Assembly (NCBI GenBank): GCA_964464605.1
Contig: CAYXJN010000006.1
Span: forward strand, 124,001 to 188,000
Length of the DNA: 64,000 nucleotides
DNA from: an uncultured Ignavibacteriales bacterium
Lineage (GTDB): Bacteria > Zixibacteria > MSB-5A5 > GN15 > FEB-12
Direction of reading: 5' to 3'
Every line of letters begins with the position of its first letter. Positions within the stretch are counted from its first letter, which is position 1. A program made the position numbers and the translations under genes. Below the pieces are notes generated by a model. That model was given only the letters and a program-made list of their open reading frames with translations, had not been told where the DNA came from and ran no database searches. Below, piece by piece: positions 48,846 through 59,107 of this stretch.

Positions 48846-51449
48846 TTACCGTATGACCATGAACTTGCCCATCTGCACGTTACCGGATTCATCTTCAACC
48901 GTCCAGTAGTACAAGCCGGAAACGATAATCTGCCGGTTCCGGTTGATTAAACTCCAATAGTCATGCCTGCCGGTCGGATCGCTCGGGTCAGTGTCATGTT
49001 TCTTCTCAACCACCAAATCACCATCCAGCGTGTAGATCCTGATCGTGCATTTGTACGGCAGATTGGCGAAATTGAGCTGCCTTACTTTATCGTTCGGGAA
49101 ATCATCACGGGTGCGCCCTTCGTATCCTTCTGAACGGTAGTTGTCATCAATCCGGTACGGATTCGGATACACATACACTTTGAGAGTGTCGCCTGCTACT
49201 TCCGCTTCCGATGATGCCGCAAACGCCTGCTTGATGTTGAGGGTTGGTGATGTTTCCAGCGCTTCAAGGCCCGATATCGGAGAGCCGAAATCAAAGGCCG
49301 TTACATTCACCCAATACGGAACGGTCGGCAGAAGATTTTTGATTTTCATTTCATACTCGAAAAACTTCAAGTGTCCATCTTTGGTGTAGTCATCATCGGT
49401 CAATTGATCGGTTGGGATTCCTCTGGGGTCTCGGGCAGCTGGATATGTCTTTGTAATCGGTGTAGTAACGCCCAATTCGGATGTGTTGTAATCATGTTGT
49501 GAGAAGTAAAACGTGGAATCCCCCCATTGCAGCGGCTGGTAATTCGGATAATCGAGCGGGTCGAAAGTGGAGTCATCGCACGGGTCAATTCCCGATCCGT
49601 ACAAACAGCGCAGTTGTTCCACTGTTTGCGGAACATCCCGGATTTCGTAGCGGCCGGTTATGAACCCGCTGTCATCGACACTGCTGATAAAGACCCATTT
49701 GTCGTAATTCTCTTTGTCGTAGGTTGCTATCGTTGCCAAACTGGTGCGGCGTTCATCCCGTCCCCAATAAACCCGGTACCCTTCAAAATCCGGAATCTGG
49801 GTGAAAATATCTTTTTCCGTTTCGGTTCGTTCACCATTGAATCGCACGTTCAATCCATTCAAGGTCGGAGTTACCCACACATAAGGAGCGGGGGGAGGGG
49901 AAGCTGCTTTCCAGTCGGGGATACCATCACCGCGGTACCACTGCGTATCGGACGCGACCGGTATCCATGCGCCGTCAACGAACGATGAATCAGTTACGCA
50001 AATTCGTGATTCGCCGAAATAGCCGTCTCCATCCGTATCGACACCTGGGTTATCGTAAATCCACTGTGCCCATGTTGCGTTTTTGACTAAGTCTGAGAAA
50101 TCGAGATTGTCTAAATATGTACGCGGATTATGAGGCATATTGTTTTCAAAATTGTGTGGGTCGTGGTGGAAGTTTTCTCCCATAACAATTGCAAATGCAA
50201 AATCAATACTTGCTCCCGGTTCAACAGTGAACGGACCGTAAGTGAGCATTTCGCTACTATGAGCTCCCATGGCAACGCTATCGATAGCATGCCCATATTG
50301 ATACGTCCAAGTTGGATTGTTTCGATCGATATATGCAGTATATGCTTGATCGAAATCAATTTCCCCATTGCTCATTGCATGATATCCGTTTCTATTCCCA
50401 ACCGGCCATCCCGGAAAAGGATTATCGGCTTTAAAATCCCTAAAGGAGCTTCTTTCTTGCGGGTTGAACAATTCAAATTGTGGAGGTGTAAATTTTGAAC
50501 CGAACCAATTGAACTGGAGTCTTTGCTGGGATTGAAATTGCGTAAGAAACTTAATACCTGCTACGCCAGTTGGTGAAATAGACCAGCCAACATTTGGTAT
50601 GTAATAAGAGTTTTGAGCGAAACTTCCATTGATTGGCCCGCCGTTGTTATCTGCTGCCCACATAATATTCACAGTGTCAAGGAAATTACAGGTAAGCGGT
50701 GAACTGTACGTTTCACGGAAGCCCACCATGTCATCGTACGAACCGTCCGAAACATTTGGTACGCCTGCAAAAATATCACCAAACCAACCGACATAAACAC
50801 CCTGCCACATTTTTTGAGTTGTGTTGGTGACAGTCATGTCGATAATAATAAAATCTTCTGCATACCGATACGACCAAGCATACGACCTATATGTCACATT
50901 CATTCCCAGTCGTTTATTAAAACGGAGAGTAACCGGGTCTCTCGTTTGCGTTCGAAGGGTATCGGTTAAATGTACGATGAAATCCTGTTGTGAAATGGCT
51001 TCGTTAAAATAAGGATTTTTCGTGTCAACGGTCGTGCGGTATACGATATCGCCAAACGGTGATTCGTCGGGAACTAATTCTGGAAATCCTTCCAAGTTAG
51101 TTAATCCAATATAAGCGATGGTGTCACTGCCGATAACGCCGCCGATAATTGGTGATCCAAAGGAAAAATATCTGGCAGGAGTTCCCCGAGGATAGGAGTG
51201 CCTTTCGTAGAATTGATTAACACTGAAACATGGAATGTGTACATCGGAACGCAAGGTGGTCGTTCCCATCATTTCCATCGTGGTTTTGAACGGCATAACC
51301 AACTTTCCGATGTCATGTGTGAAAATACAAGTTGGAGCAGGAGTGAATTGGTTATGAGCTACTTCAGCTGCATTTATGCGTGAAAATGACTTGCACAGTA
51401 ACATTGATATGAGAAGAGCCGCTTTTAAAGAAAATACGGGAGCTTTCAC
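48846..51449 (-). CDS. Large secreted hypothetical protein (paralogue B of 42658-45237)
   Basis: Shares HDIGK, IS(E/Q)QD, SYxWSYxYAxDFI, WIYDNPGVDTDGDGY, FEGYRVY and VYPNPYRID blocks with paralogue A. Confidence 0.75.
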   Translation of the reverse strand: MKAPVFSLKAALLISMLLCKSFSRINAAEVAHNQFTPAPTCIFTHDIGKLVMPFKTTMEMMGTTTLRSDVHIPCFSVNQFYERHSYPRGTPARYFSFGSPIIGGVIGSDTIAYIGLTNLEGFPELVPDESPFGDIVYRTTVDTKNPYFNEAISQQDFIVHLTDTLRTQTRDPVTLRFNKRLGMNVTYRSYAWSYRYAEDFIIIDMTVTNTTQKMWQGVYVGWFGDIFAGVPNVSDGSYDDMVGFRETYSSPLTCNFLDTVNIMWAADNNGGPINGSFAQNSYYIPNVGWSISPTGVAGIKFLTQFQSQQRLQFNWFGSKFTPPQFELFNPQERSSFRDFKADNPFPGWPVGNRNGYHAMSNGEIDFDQAYTAYIDRNNPTWTYQYGHAIDSVAMGAHSSEMLTYGPFTVEPGASIDFAFAIVMGENFHHDPHNFENNMPHNPRTYLDNLDFSDLVKNATWAQWIYDNPGVDTDGDGYFGESRICVTDSSFVDGAWIPVASDTQWYRGDGIPDWKAASPPPAPYVWVTPTLNGLNVRFNGERTETEKDIFTQIPDFEGYRVYWGRDERRTSLATIATYDKENYDKWVFISSVDDSGFITGRYEIRDVPQTVEQLRCLYGSGIDPCDDSTFDPLDYPNYQPLQWGDSTFYFSQHDYNTSELGVTTPITKTYPAARDPRGIPTDQLTDDDYTKDGHLKFFEYEMKIKNLLPTVPYWVNVTAFDFGSPISGLEALETSPTLNIKQAFAASSEAEVAGDTLKVYVYPNPYRIDDNYRSEGYEGRTRDDFPNDKVRQLNFANLPYKCTIRIYTLDGDLVVEKKHDTDPSDPTGRHDYWSLINRNRQIIVSGLYYWTVEDESGNVQMGKFMVIR

Positions 51450-51635
51450 GATTTGCCCATGTTGAAATTCAAAATTCTATTCATTAAGATAATCACATTG
51501 TTGGCAGCAGCAAGAAAAATTGCTTGACGGTCAGTTAACCGGGCGCTATGCCAACGTGTAACTGCCGGGCACAGTCAAAGGGCGTCCGGGTGGCAGAATT
51601 CAGATATAGGAAACTTTTATTGGTGAAGAGCGGTC

Positions 51636-52214
51636 ATGAAACGACTCAAGTTGATACTGTTTGGTTTCGTAGTCACGGCAATCACAATTTCGTTTGCAGT
51701 ACTAACGGGAATTTATGCTTCCAGTTTGTATGCCGATTGGCAGTTCAAGGAAGAACGGCAGAAACTAACTGACATTGTTCTTGCTGAAATGGGAACAATT
51801 TCAAATGGTGATACTCTTCGAAGCTACCCACTTTTAGAAGTTAATGAGGGGAGCAAAGTTTTTTTGCAATCGTTAAACAAGGACGGGCTTCTTGTTTTCT
51901 TTGTTCAATCTTCGTGCGGGGCTTGTGAGCAACAGCTTGCGATCTTAAAGTCGGGTGCTGTGAGCGCTGTAAACATGAAACGGATAATTCTTGTTTTGAA
52001 TGGAAGTATTGAAGAAGTCACAAATTATCAAAAACGACATAACACATCATGCTCAGTTCTGAGTGACATTGACATGCAATATCAATTAAACTATCGAATA
52101 TATGATAGTCCATTTGCGCTTGTTTTAGATGGATCGATGTGCATCAGAAATGCTTTTGTTGGAACGATATCCGGAAATGAAATTAACGAATTATTTAATG
52201 ATCTAGACTCTTGA
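51636..52214 (+). CDS. Membrane-anchored thioredoxin-fold (TlpA/redoxin-like) protein
   Basis: N-terminal TM helix, FFVQSSCGAC CxxC, YDSP cis-Pro-like motif. Confidence 0.7.
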   Translation: MKRLKLILFGFVVTAITISFAVLTGIYASSLYADWQFKEERQKLTDIVLAEMGTISNGDTLRSYPLLEVNEGSKVFLQSLNKDGLLVFFVQSSCGACEQQLAILKSGAVSAVNMKRIILVLNGSIEEVTNYQKRHNTSCSVLSDIDMQYQLNYRIYDSPFALVLDGSMCIRNAFVGTISGNEINELFNDLDS

Positions 52215-52272
52215 GGTTGTTATGTGACTTGTTTCGTTCTCCATATTGGAAAGAAGGGAGGTGATTGTTAAA

Positions 52273-52527
52273 GTGAGAAAGCAGATTTTGATAGGTTGTG
52301 GGCTTTTGTTTGTGTTTGCTGCAACTTTTACATTTACATTTGTTGTTTCATCGAATGTTTACGCGTTCGAATGCCCTGTTCCATTTCCGAAGCAATACTC
52401 ATGTTGTACACGACCCAATGGCTTACAAGGGCTTCGTCAGACTGACGATGGAATATGTTCTTGCACTGGTGGTATAGCAGGAGAAAATCCTTGCGGATGT
52501 CCACTGGTTTGTCCTCCCGGTAGTTGA
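52273..52527 (+). CDS. Small secreted cysteine-rich protein (8 Cys in the mature part)
   Basis: GGGAGGTGA SD 8 nt before GTG 52273, signal peptide ending NVYA, mature FECPVPFPKQYSCCTRPNGLQGLRQTDDGICSCTGGIAGENPCGCPLVCPPGS. Confidence 0.75.
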   Translation: MRKQILIGCGLLFVFAATFTFTFVVSSNVYAFECPVPFPKQYSCCTRPNGLQGLRQTDDGICSCTGGIAGENPCGCPLVCPPGS

Positions 52528-52585
52528 TCGACATCATTGCGGACATTCTTATTTGTTTGAAGCCCTCGTAAGAGGTCTTTTATTT

Positions 52586-52912
52586 TTACAAAAACTTCAA
52601 CTTCTCAGCGCCTTTGTTCGACAGAAAATGCAAATGTACATGATCGATTTCCTGACCGTAGCCGTTGTTGATCTGCAGGCGGAAATGTTCGCTGATGCCC
52701 AGTTTTTCAGCAACCAACTTTGCAGTTTGATTAAGCAGATCAAGTGTCACTTGCGGGGTTTCGTAAAAGTTCTTCGTTTCCGTTTTGGGAATAATCAAGA
52801 GATGCACGTCGTCCTTGGGGCGGATGTCGGCGATGACGATAACCTCGTCTGTTTCATGAAAAATCTTCGCCGGAATTTCCCGATTGATAATTTTCGTGAA
52901 TAGCGATGCCAT
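52586..52912 (-). CDS. HIT (histidine triad) family protein
   Basis: SLFTKIINREIPA, HLLIIPK, QEIDHVHLH. Confidence 0.92.
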   Translation of the reverse strand: MASLFTKIINREIPAKIFHETDEVIVIADIRPKDDVHLLIIPKTETKNFYETPQVTLDLLNQTAKLVAEKLGISEHFRLQINNGYGQEIDHVHLHFLSNKGAEKLKFL

Positions 52913-53056
52913 GCGGAAGTATACAGCGGCCGTGGGCCGTTCACAAGTGGCTATTCAATCATCAGTTAGCCCTCTTGCGCAAAGCCGGGCTATCTTGTAG
53001 ACTTAGGGCGATTAGTGCGAATATGTAGTGTGTAAAAATAGAAGGAGTAGTCGGCC

Positions 53057-53806
53057 ATGTCCGGTCATTCAAAATGGGCAACAATCAAACGGAAAAAGGG
53101 AAAACTGGATGCTGCCCGCGGCCAGGTGTTTACCCGTCTTATAAAAGAAGTAACTGTCGCCGCCCGCGAAGGGGGAGGAGATCCAGACGGGAATCCCCGT
53201 TTGCGTACAGCTATTGCCGCTGCAAAGGCAGCCAATATGCCGCAGGATAATATCAAGCGCGCTATTTTAAAAGGAACCGGTGAACTGCCCGGTGTGACGT
53301 ATGAATCGATCACCTATGAAGGATACGGTCCGGCTGGTGTGGCGGTATTTATGGAAGTGATGACCGATAACAAAAACCGCACGGTTGCGGAAATTCGCCA
53401 TATGCTCACCAAATACGGCGGTAATCTTGGAGCTAACGGCAGTGTTTCCTGGCAGTTTGAAAAGAAAGGTGTTATCGCCATAGATGGCGCCGCCACTAAC
53501 GAAGATACGCTGATGGAAGTGGCAATCAATGCGGGTGCCGAAGATGTGACCTCCGACTCCGGCGTGTTCGAAGTTACCACTGCTCCGGGAGATTTAGAGC
53601 CGGTTCGTGCCGCTATCGAAGCCAAAGGTATCAAGATGGAAGATGTGCAGGTCACCATGGTGCCAAAAACCTTTGTGAAACTTGCTTCCGAATCCGAGGC
53701 GAGCAGCATGCTCAAGCTGATGGAACTGCTCGAAGAGCTCGACGATGTGCAGAAGGTATATGCGAATTTCGACATAGATGCCGCTTTGCTTGAAAAACTT
53801 GCCTGA
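53057..53806 (+). CDS. yebC: YebC/PmpR family protein
   Basis: MSGHSKWATIKRKK, NPRLR, YEGYGP, TDNKNRT. Confidence 0.96.
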   Translation: MSGHSKWATIKRKKGKLDAARGQVFTRLIKEVTVAAREGGGDPDGNPRLRTAIAAAKAANMPQDNIKRAILKGTGELPGVTYESITYEGYGPAGVAVFMEVMTDNKNRTVAEIRHMLTKYGGNLGANGSVSWQFEKKGVIAIDGAATNEDTLMEVAINAGAEDVTSDSGVFEVTTAPGDLEPVRAAIEAKGIKMEDVQVTMVPKTFVKLASESEASSMLKLMELLEELDDVQKVYANFDIDAALLEKLA

Positions 53807-53809
53807 GTT

Positions 53810-54586
53810 GTGACTGATTCCAAACTGCGCGGAGTTTTATTAGATTTAGATGGTGTGGTCTTTGTCGGCGACACAGCGATACCGGGTGCAGCCGATGCCC
53901 TCAATCAACTCCGCGCTCAGGGGCTGACGCTTCGATTTCTCACCAACAATTCCACTCGTTCATCGGAAAAGCTGCATAGCGACATGGTAGCCATAGGGCT
54001 ACCGATTGAACGCGCGGAAATTATCAACACGCCGAAAGCGGCATCACTCTATCTCAAGCAATTTGATAATCCGTCACTCTATTTAGTCCTGACCGACAAC
54101 GCCAAGCAGGACTTTTTCGGATTCAAGCAGAGCGATACCAAGCCGGACTTTATCGTAATGGGGGATATCTACAACGGGTGGAGTTATGACCTGCTCGACA
54201 AGATTTTCAATATGATGATTACCGGTTCGCAGTTGATAGCGCTTCACAAAGGTAGGTATTGGCTGACTCAAAAAGGATTGCAGGTAGACGTAGGGTTGTT
54301 TGTCGCCGGATTGGAATATGTAACCGGTCACGAAGCTGTAGTTTTAGGGAAGCCTTCAAAAACATTCTTTGAACTTGCACTTGCTGATGCTGGAATGAAG
54401 GCCAGTGAAGTGGTGATGGTCGGGGATGATATCGACACCGATATCGGCGGTGCACAAGCGGTCGGAATACCGGGAGTGCTGGTCAAAACCGGGAAGTATC
54501 GGCAGGATTTGGTAGCGAAATCCTCGGTTCGGCCGGCTTATGTCGTCGAATCGATAGCTGGATTACCAAAGCTACTGGCAACATGA
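53810..54586 (+). CDS. HAD-superfamily subfamily IIA hydrolase (LHPP-like)
   Basis: DLDGV, LTNNS, GKPS, MVGDDIDTDIGGA, VKTGKY. Confidence 0.9.
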   Translation: MTDSKLRGVLLDLDGVVFVGDTAIPGAADALNQLRAQGLTLRFLTNNSTRSSEKLHSDMVAIGLPIERAEIINTPKAASLYLKQFDNPSLYLVLTDNAKQDFFGFKQSDTKPDFIVMGDIYNGWSYDLLDKIFNMMITGSQLIALHKGRYWLTQKGLQVDVGLFVAGLEYVTGHEAVVLGKPSKTFFELALADAGMKASEVVMVGDDIDTDIGGAQAVGIPGVLVKTGKYRQDLVAKSSVRPAYVVESIAGLPKLLAT

Positions 54587-54668
54587 TAGCCTGATTTCAG
54601 AAATCACATTAATCGATCTTACCCCGTTTTTTCTTGATAATGTAATGGCGCAGTTGTTCCTTCATGCC

Positions 54669-55163
54669 ATGAGAACCCTTGGTATCGACCCCGGATTGCA
54701 TATCACTGGATATGGCCTGCTTGATGAAAAGCGAGGGGAGATTTCCCTTGTCGAGGCCGGTATTATCAAGACCAACCGGGAAGCGGAACTCACCACCCGC
54801 CTTTTGGAAATAAGCCGGGAGTTGGGGGATGTTATCGCGCAGTTTTCCCCCGATGCGGTCGCAATAGAAGAGTTGTATTCTCATTACGATCACCCGAAAA
54901 CATCGATTATTATGGGACACGCCCGCGGTGTCATTTTCCTGAAAGCGGCGGAAGCCGGAATCCCGGTGTTTGCCTATGCATCTACCCGAATCAAAAACAC
55001 CCTTACCGGTTACGGACGCGCCTCCAAGCAGCAGATGCAGATGATGATGCAGTCGACCCTCGGTTTGAAAAAAATGCCGGAACCGCCGGATGTGGCGGAT
55101 GCCTTGGCCGTTGCTCTGTGCCATTGCCGGGCGGCATCGGTTAGTGATATGGTGTCGGTATGA
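54669..55163 (+). CDS. ruvC: Holliday junction resolvase RuvC
   Basis: LGIDPG, AIEE, ARGV, TGYGRASK, DVADALAVA. Confidence 0.95.
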   Translation: MRTLGIDPGLHITGYGLLDEKRGEISLVEAGIIKTNREAELTTRLLEISRELGDVIAQFSPDAVAIEELYSHYDHPKTSIIMGHARGVIFLKAAEAGIPVFAYASTRIKNTLTGYGRASKQQMQMMMQSTLGLKKMPEPPDVADALAVALCHCRAASVSDMVSV

Positions 55164-55816
55164 TCAGTCGTATTCGCGGCATACTGGAACGGGTGGCGGA
55201 TGGACACGCCTTAGTGCAGAATCAGGGGTTATACTATGAAATCATGCTCCCATCGGCGCTTTCCGAACGCCTGAAAGAGAGCGATACGATTGGGAATGAT
55301 ATCACGCTTGAAACGATCTATTACATCGAAGCCGGAGATAAAAAGGCGAGCCATATGCCGAAATTAGTCGGCTTCACTGATCCGCTCGATCGAGAATTTT
55401 TCTCATTGCTTACACAGGTCAACGGGATGGGTGTGAAAAAATCGCTCAAGTGTCTTACGTTGCCGATTCGTGATGTCGCCACCGCTATCGAAAACCGGAA
55501 CACAGCGACTCTTTCCCGATTGCCCGGTGTTGGTGGGCGACTCGCAGAAAAAATTATCGCCGAGTTGCATGGCAAAACCGCAAAGTTTGCCTTGGCCAAA
55601 GAATCGGAACCGCTCGCAACAGCGAAACCGCCCAAAACGCAATTCGAGTCAGATGCAGTGGAGGTGCTGATGCAATTGCAATATCGCCGCCCAGAAGCAG
55701 AAGAAATGGTGCAGGCTGCGCTCAAGCAGAATCCGAAACTGGATAGCGTCGAAGATGTCATCGCAACAGTATTTAAACAGGAGCAGGCAAAGCCTGTGGT
55801 GAAGTCACATGCGTGA
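55160..55816 (+). CDS. ruvA: Holliday junction branch migration protein RuvA
   Basis: MISRIRG start, HhH motifs VNGMG and LPGVG, position between ruvC and ruvB. Confidence 0.92.
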   Translation: MISRIRGILERVADGHALVQNQGLYYEIMLPSALSERLKESDTIGNDITLETIYYIEAGDKKASHMPKLVGFTDPLDREFFSLLTQVNGMGVKKSLKCLTLPIRDVATAIENRNTATLSRLPGVGGRLAEKIIAELHGKTAKFALAKESEPLATAKPPKTQFESDAVEVLMQLQYRRPEAEEMVQAALKQNPKLDSVEDVIATVFKQEQAKPVVKSHA

Positions 55817-56840
55817 ACGATTAGTAGCAGGTGAAGTTGCCGATATGGCGGAAGAGGCAGTACAGGTATCGCTTCGTCCGAAGCTGCTCGCTGAATATAT
55901 CGGGCAAAATGAACTCCGCTCGAAACTGCAGATTGCGCTTGATGCCAGCAAAGCCCGCAACGAAGCGATTGAGCATGTGCTGTTATACGGTCCTCCCGGA
56001 TTAGGGAAGACCACTCTTGCCCATATTATAGCCAATGAAATGGGAACGAAAATTTATGCGACAGCCGGCCCGGCATTGGGGCGCACCGGGGATTTGATGG
56101 GGATTCTGACGAATCTGAATGATGGGGATATTTTGTTTATCGATGAAATTCACCGCTTGTCGCCGACCATCGAAGAGTTTTTGTATCCGGCGATGGAGGA
56201 TTACAAAGTCGATTTCGTGGTCGATAAGGGCGCATTTGCGAAAGTTATCAATGTCCCGCTTAAGCGGTTTACGTTGGTTGGAGCAACGACGCGCGCTGGA
56301 ATGTTATCAGCGCCGCTTCGGGACCGGTTCGGCCTGTTTTATCATCTCGATTTTTATCCGGCGGAAGAACTGCAGGAAGTGGTTAACCGCTCCGCCCGTT
56401 TGCTCGGCAGCGGAATCGAAACGGAAGCATCACTCACGATAGCAACTCGCTCACGCGGAACGCCGCGAATAGCGAACCGGCTGTTACGCCGTGTACGCGA
56501 CTATGCCGAGGTAAAAGGGAACGGCGGAATCGACAGCGCGATTACCAAAGCAGCGCTCAGTGCCGAAGGGATTGATGAGCGCGGGTTGGACGAGCTTGAT
56601 AGGAAAATGCTTAAGATCATTCTCGATTTCTATAAAGGAGGGCCGGTCGGTATAGAAGCATTAGGCGCAACGCTGAATGAAGAAGTCGATACGTTAGTCG
56701 ATATGGTAGAGCCGTTCCTGTTGAAAATTGGGTTTCTTCAGCGCACACAGCGGGGAAGAATCGCCTCGCGCATTGCCGCTGAACATCTGGGTGTCAAATT
56801 CCCGGCTTCACAGGCAACTTCGCAAGAGAGTCTGTTTTAG
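55809..56840 (+). CDS. ruvB: Holliday junction helicase RuvB
   Basis: [43 protein letters not shown]. Confidence 0.97.
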   Translation: MRERLVAGEVADMAEEAVQVSLRPKLLAEYIGQNELRSKLQIALDASKARNEAIEHVLLYGPPGLGKTTLAHIIANEMGTKIYATAGPALGRTGDLMGILTNLNDGDILFIDEIHRLSPTIEEFLYPAMEDYKVDFVVDKGAFAKVINVPLKRFTLVGATTRAGMLSAPLRDRFGLFYHLDFYPAEELQEVVNRSARLLGSGIETEASLTIATRSRGTPRIANRLLRRVRDYAEVKGNGGIDSAITKAALSAEGIDERGLDELDRKMLKIILDFYKGGPVGIEALGATLNEEVDTLVDMVEPFLLKIGFLQRTQRGRIASRIAAEHLGVKFPASQATSQESLF

Positions 56841-56860
56841 CCGCTTGTTTCTTGTATTCG

Positions 56861-57892
56861 ATGGATATCTCCCTTTTTGATTTTGATCTGCCGCGTGAAC
56901 TGATAGCGCAGCATCCGGCATCATGCCGTTCAAAGTCGCGACTGTTAGTGCTTAATCGCAACGACAGCTCACGAACTGTACAGACATTCAAAGATATCGT
57001 TAAGTACTTTCGTCCCGGTGATGCACTGGTAGTGAACACCACTAAAGTGTTCAAAGCGCGGTTATTCGGAACGAGAAAGACGGGTGGTACTGTTGAAGTT
57101 TTTCTTATTCGCCCGGCCCAATCAGGTATCCAATGGGAAGCATTAGTAAGTCCGTCGCGGCGGCTGAAAACGGGAGAGAGCATTCAGTTTGGAGATGATA
57201 CGATTACCCTGCAGGAATATTTTCAAGATGGGCGCTGGATTGTCCGCTTTCAATCCGAGGCGAAACGGAAAAAGGTTATCGCAGCTTTTGGTGAGTTGCC
57301 CTTGCCACCGTACTTGCGACGCGAAAATGTACCCGCCGATTTGAAGCGATACCAGACAGTGTACGCAGATAACGAGAAAACCGGTGCCGTAGCGGCTCCG
57401 ACTGCCGGGTTGCATTTTACCCGGTCTTTACTCGATGAACTGCGTACAAAGGGAGTAACTATTATTCCGCTTTGTTTGCATGTCGGACCGGGAACGTTCA
57501 AGCCGGTCAGTGTCGACAAAATTGAAGATCACACCGTCGATCCGGAATTCGCTGAACTATCAGTTGAATCAGCAAAGCTGCTAAATAAAACCCGCGAAGC
57601 GGGGGGAAAGGTGTTTGCAGTCGGGACAACTTCGGTGCGGACACTTGAATCAGCGCCGATAACGAACGGCCAAATACAACCGTTTACCGGGATGGTCAAT
57701 TTATATATCAAACCCGGTTTCAAATTCAATATCGTAGATCACTTGATAACCAATTTCCATCTACCGAAATCATCGCTCTTGATTTTAGCAAGCGCATTTG
57801 CCGGGCGGGAGTGTATACTCGACGCGTATCACTATGCCATAGCCGAAAAGTTTAGGTTTTACAGTTACGGCGACGCGATGCTGGTTTTATAA
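56861..57892 (+). CDS. queA: S-adenosylmethionine:tRNA ribosyltransferase-isomerase
   Basis: FDFDLPRELIAQ, PLPPY, AAPTAGLHF, VGTTSVR, TNFHLP, FYSYGDAM. Confidence 0.97.
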   Translation: MDISLFDFDLPRELIAQHPASCRSKSRLLVLNRNDSSRTVQTFKDIVKYFRPGDALVVNTTKVFKARLFGTRKTGGTVEVFLIRPAQSGIQWEALVSPSRRLKTGESIQFGDDTITLQEYFQDGRWIVRFQSEAKRKKVIAAFGELPLPPYLRRENVPADLKRYQTVYADNEKTGAVAAPTAGLHFTRSLLDELRTKGVTIIPLCLHVGPGTFKPVSVDKIEDHTVDPEFAELSVESAKLLNKTREAGGKVFAVGTTSVRTLESAPITNGQIQPFTGMVNLYIKPGFKFNIVDHLITNFHLPKSSLLILASAFAGRECILDAYHYAIAEKFRFYSYGDAMLVL

Positions 57893-57933
57893 TTTCGATG
57901 TTCTCAAGCTGAAGGACTGAATATATTGCCCGT

Positions 57934-58635
57934 ATGTCTATAGCCGCAGTTATTGTTGCCGCCGGAAAATCCGACCGTCTTACCGGAGCACTGCCGAAAC
58001 AATTTCGTGATGTTGCCGGTAAACCGCTTTTGGCCTGGACGCTCAGCCGCTTCGAACAGGCGAAAACAATCGATACGGTCGTGATTGTGGCATCGGAGGA
58101 GTTTCTGCTTTTTTCGCAGGAGATAGTTGATCGTTTTAGTATATCAAAAGTCAGCAAAATCGTTACCGGCGGGAAAAATCGGTATGACTCGGTACGCTTG
58201 GGGCTTGAAGCCCTGCCGAAACAGACGGCGCATGTGGCAATCCATGATGCCGCTCGTCCGTTGGTGGCACCTGATGATATCGACCGGGTCGCGCAGGCAG
58301 CAGTTGAATCCGGCGCGGCACTGCTTGCGATACCAGTGGCAGATACAGTCAAGCAGAGTGAAGAAGGACGTGTGTTTCGCACCGTATCTCGTGAGAATCT
58401 TTATTTAGCGCAAACGCCGCAGGTCTTTCCGTATGCGAAAATATTATCGCTGCATACGGCATATGCCGAGCATGGCAGCACCAATGAAATCACCGATGAT
58501 GTTTCTTTAGCCGAAGGAAACGGGTTACCGGTACGAATCGTCGAACCGAACGGTCCGAATTTCAAACTGACTACGCCGCGGGATTTGATCGTCATCGAAG
58601 CAATTTTAGAACGGGAGAGCCGTGGTGGATATTAG
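57934..58635 (+). CDS. ispD: 2-C-methyl-D-erythritol 4-phosphate cytidylyltransferase
   Basis: VAAGKS.R...KQF, IHDAARP, QTPQ, TDD, NFKLTTP.DL. Confidence 0.94.
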   Translation: MSIAAVIVAAGKSDRLTGALPKQFRDVAGKPLLAWTLSRFEQAKTIDTVVIVASEEFLLFSQEIVDRFSISKVSKIVTGGKNRYDSVRLGLEALPKQTAHVAIHDAARPLVAPDDIDRVAQAAVESGAALLAIPVADTVKQSEEGRVFRTVSRENLYLAQTPQVFPYAKILSLHTAYAEHGSTNEITDDVSLAEGNGLPVRIVEPNGPNFKLTTPRDLIVIEAILERESRGGY

Positions 58636-59107
58636 AGTCGGCGTCGGATACGACGTGCATCGCTTGGTAATAGGCCGAAAATTAGTATTGGGCGGTGTGA
58701 CAATTCCGTTTGAAAAGGGACTCGAAGGGCACAGTGATGCCGATGTGCTGTTGCACGCACTTATGGACGCCCTGCTTGGTGCAGCCGGTTTGCCGGATAT
58801 CGGGCAGCAATTTCCCAATACCGACGCCCGCTATAAGGATGCCGACTCCGGAATGCTTTTAGCGCGGGTATTACAGCTTATCAGAGAGAATGGATTTGCA
58901 CAGGTCGTCAATGTCGACGCGACAATTTTAGCTGAACAGCCAAAAATCAGTCCGCATATTGCTGCCATGAAAAAGGAGATCGCCGAAATTCTCTGTATAG
59001 AGCAGGCACGGGTGAACATCAAGGCGACCACGATGGAAAAACTCGGCTTTGTAGGCAGAGAAGAAGGAATCGCTGCTCAGGCGGTCTGCCTGATTGCAAA
59101 ACAATGA
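58622..59107 (+). CDS. ispF: 2-C-methyl-D-erythritol 2,4-cyclodiphosphate synthase
   Basis: [30 protein letters not shown]. Confidence 0.96.
   Translation: MVDIRVGVGYDVHRLVIGRKLVLGGVTIPFEKGLEGHSDADVLLHALMDALLGAAGLPDIGQQFPNTDARYKDADSGMLLARVLQLIRENGFAQVVNVDATILAEQPKISPHIAAMKKEIAEILCIEQARVNIKATTMEKLGFVGREEGIAAQAVCLIAKQ

Noticed and set aside
51548..51600. CTGCC...GGCAG hairpin and 74-aa ORF upstream of the redoxin
   Set aside because: No RNA family recognised. The ORF overlaps the redoxin gene out of frame and lacks an SD.
53314..53904. 196-aa antisense ORF over yebC (and many similar shadow ORFs in the track)
   Set aside because: These lie opposite or inside well-supported genes and have no motifs, as expected from codon bias.
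53810..54586. HAD gene interrupting yebC-ruvC; other insertions between ispF and cysS
   Set aside because: Ordinary gene-order variation in housekeeping clusters, with no mobile-element signatures.
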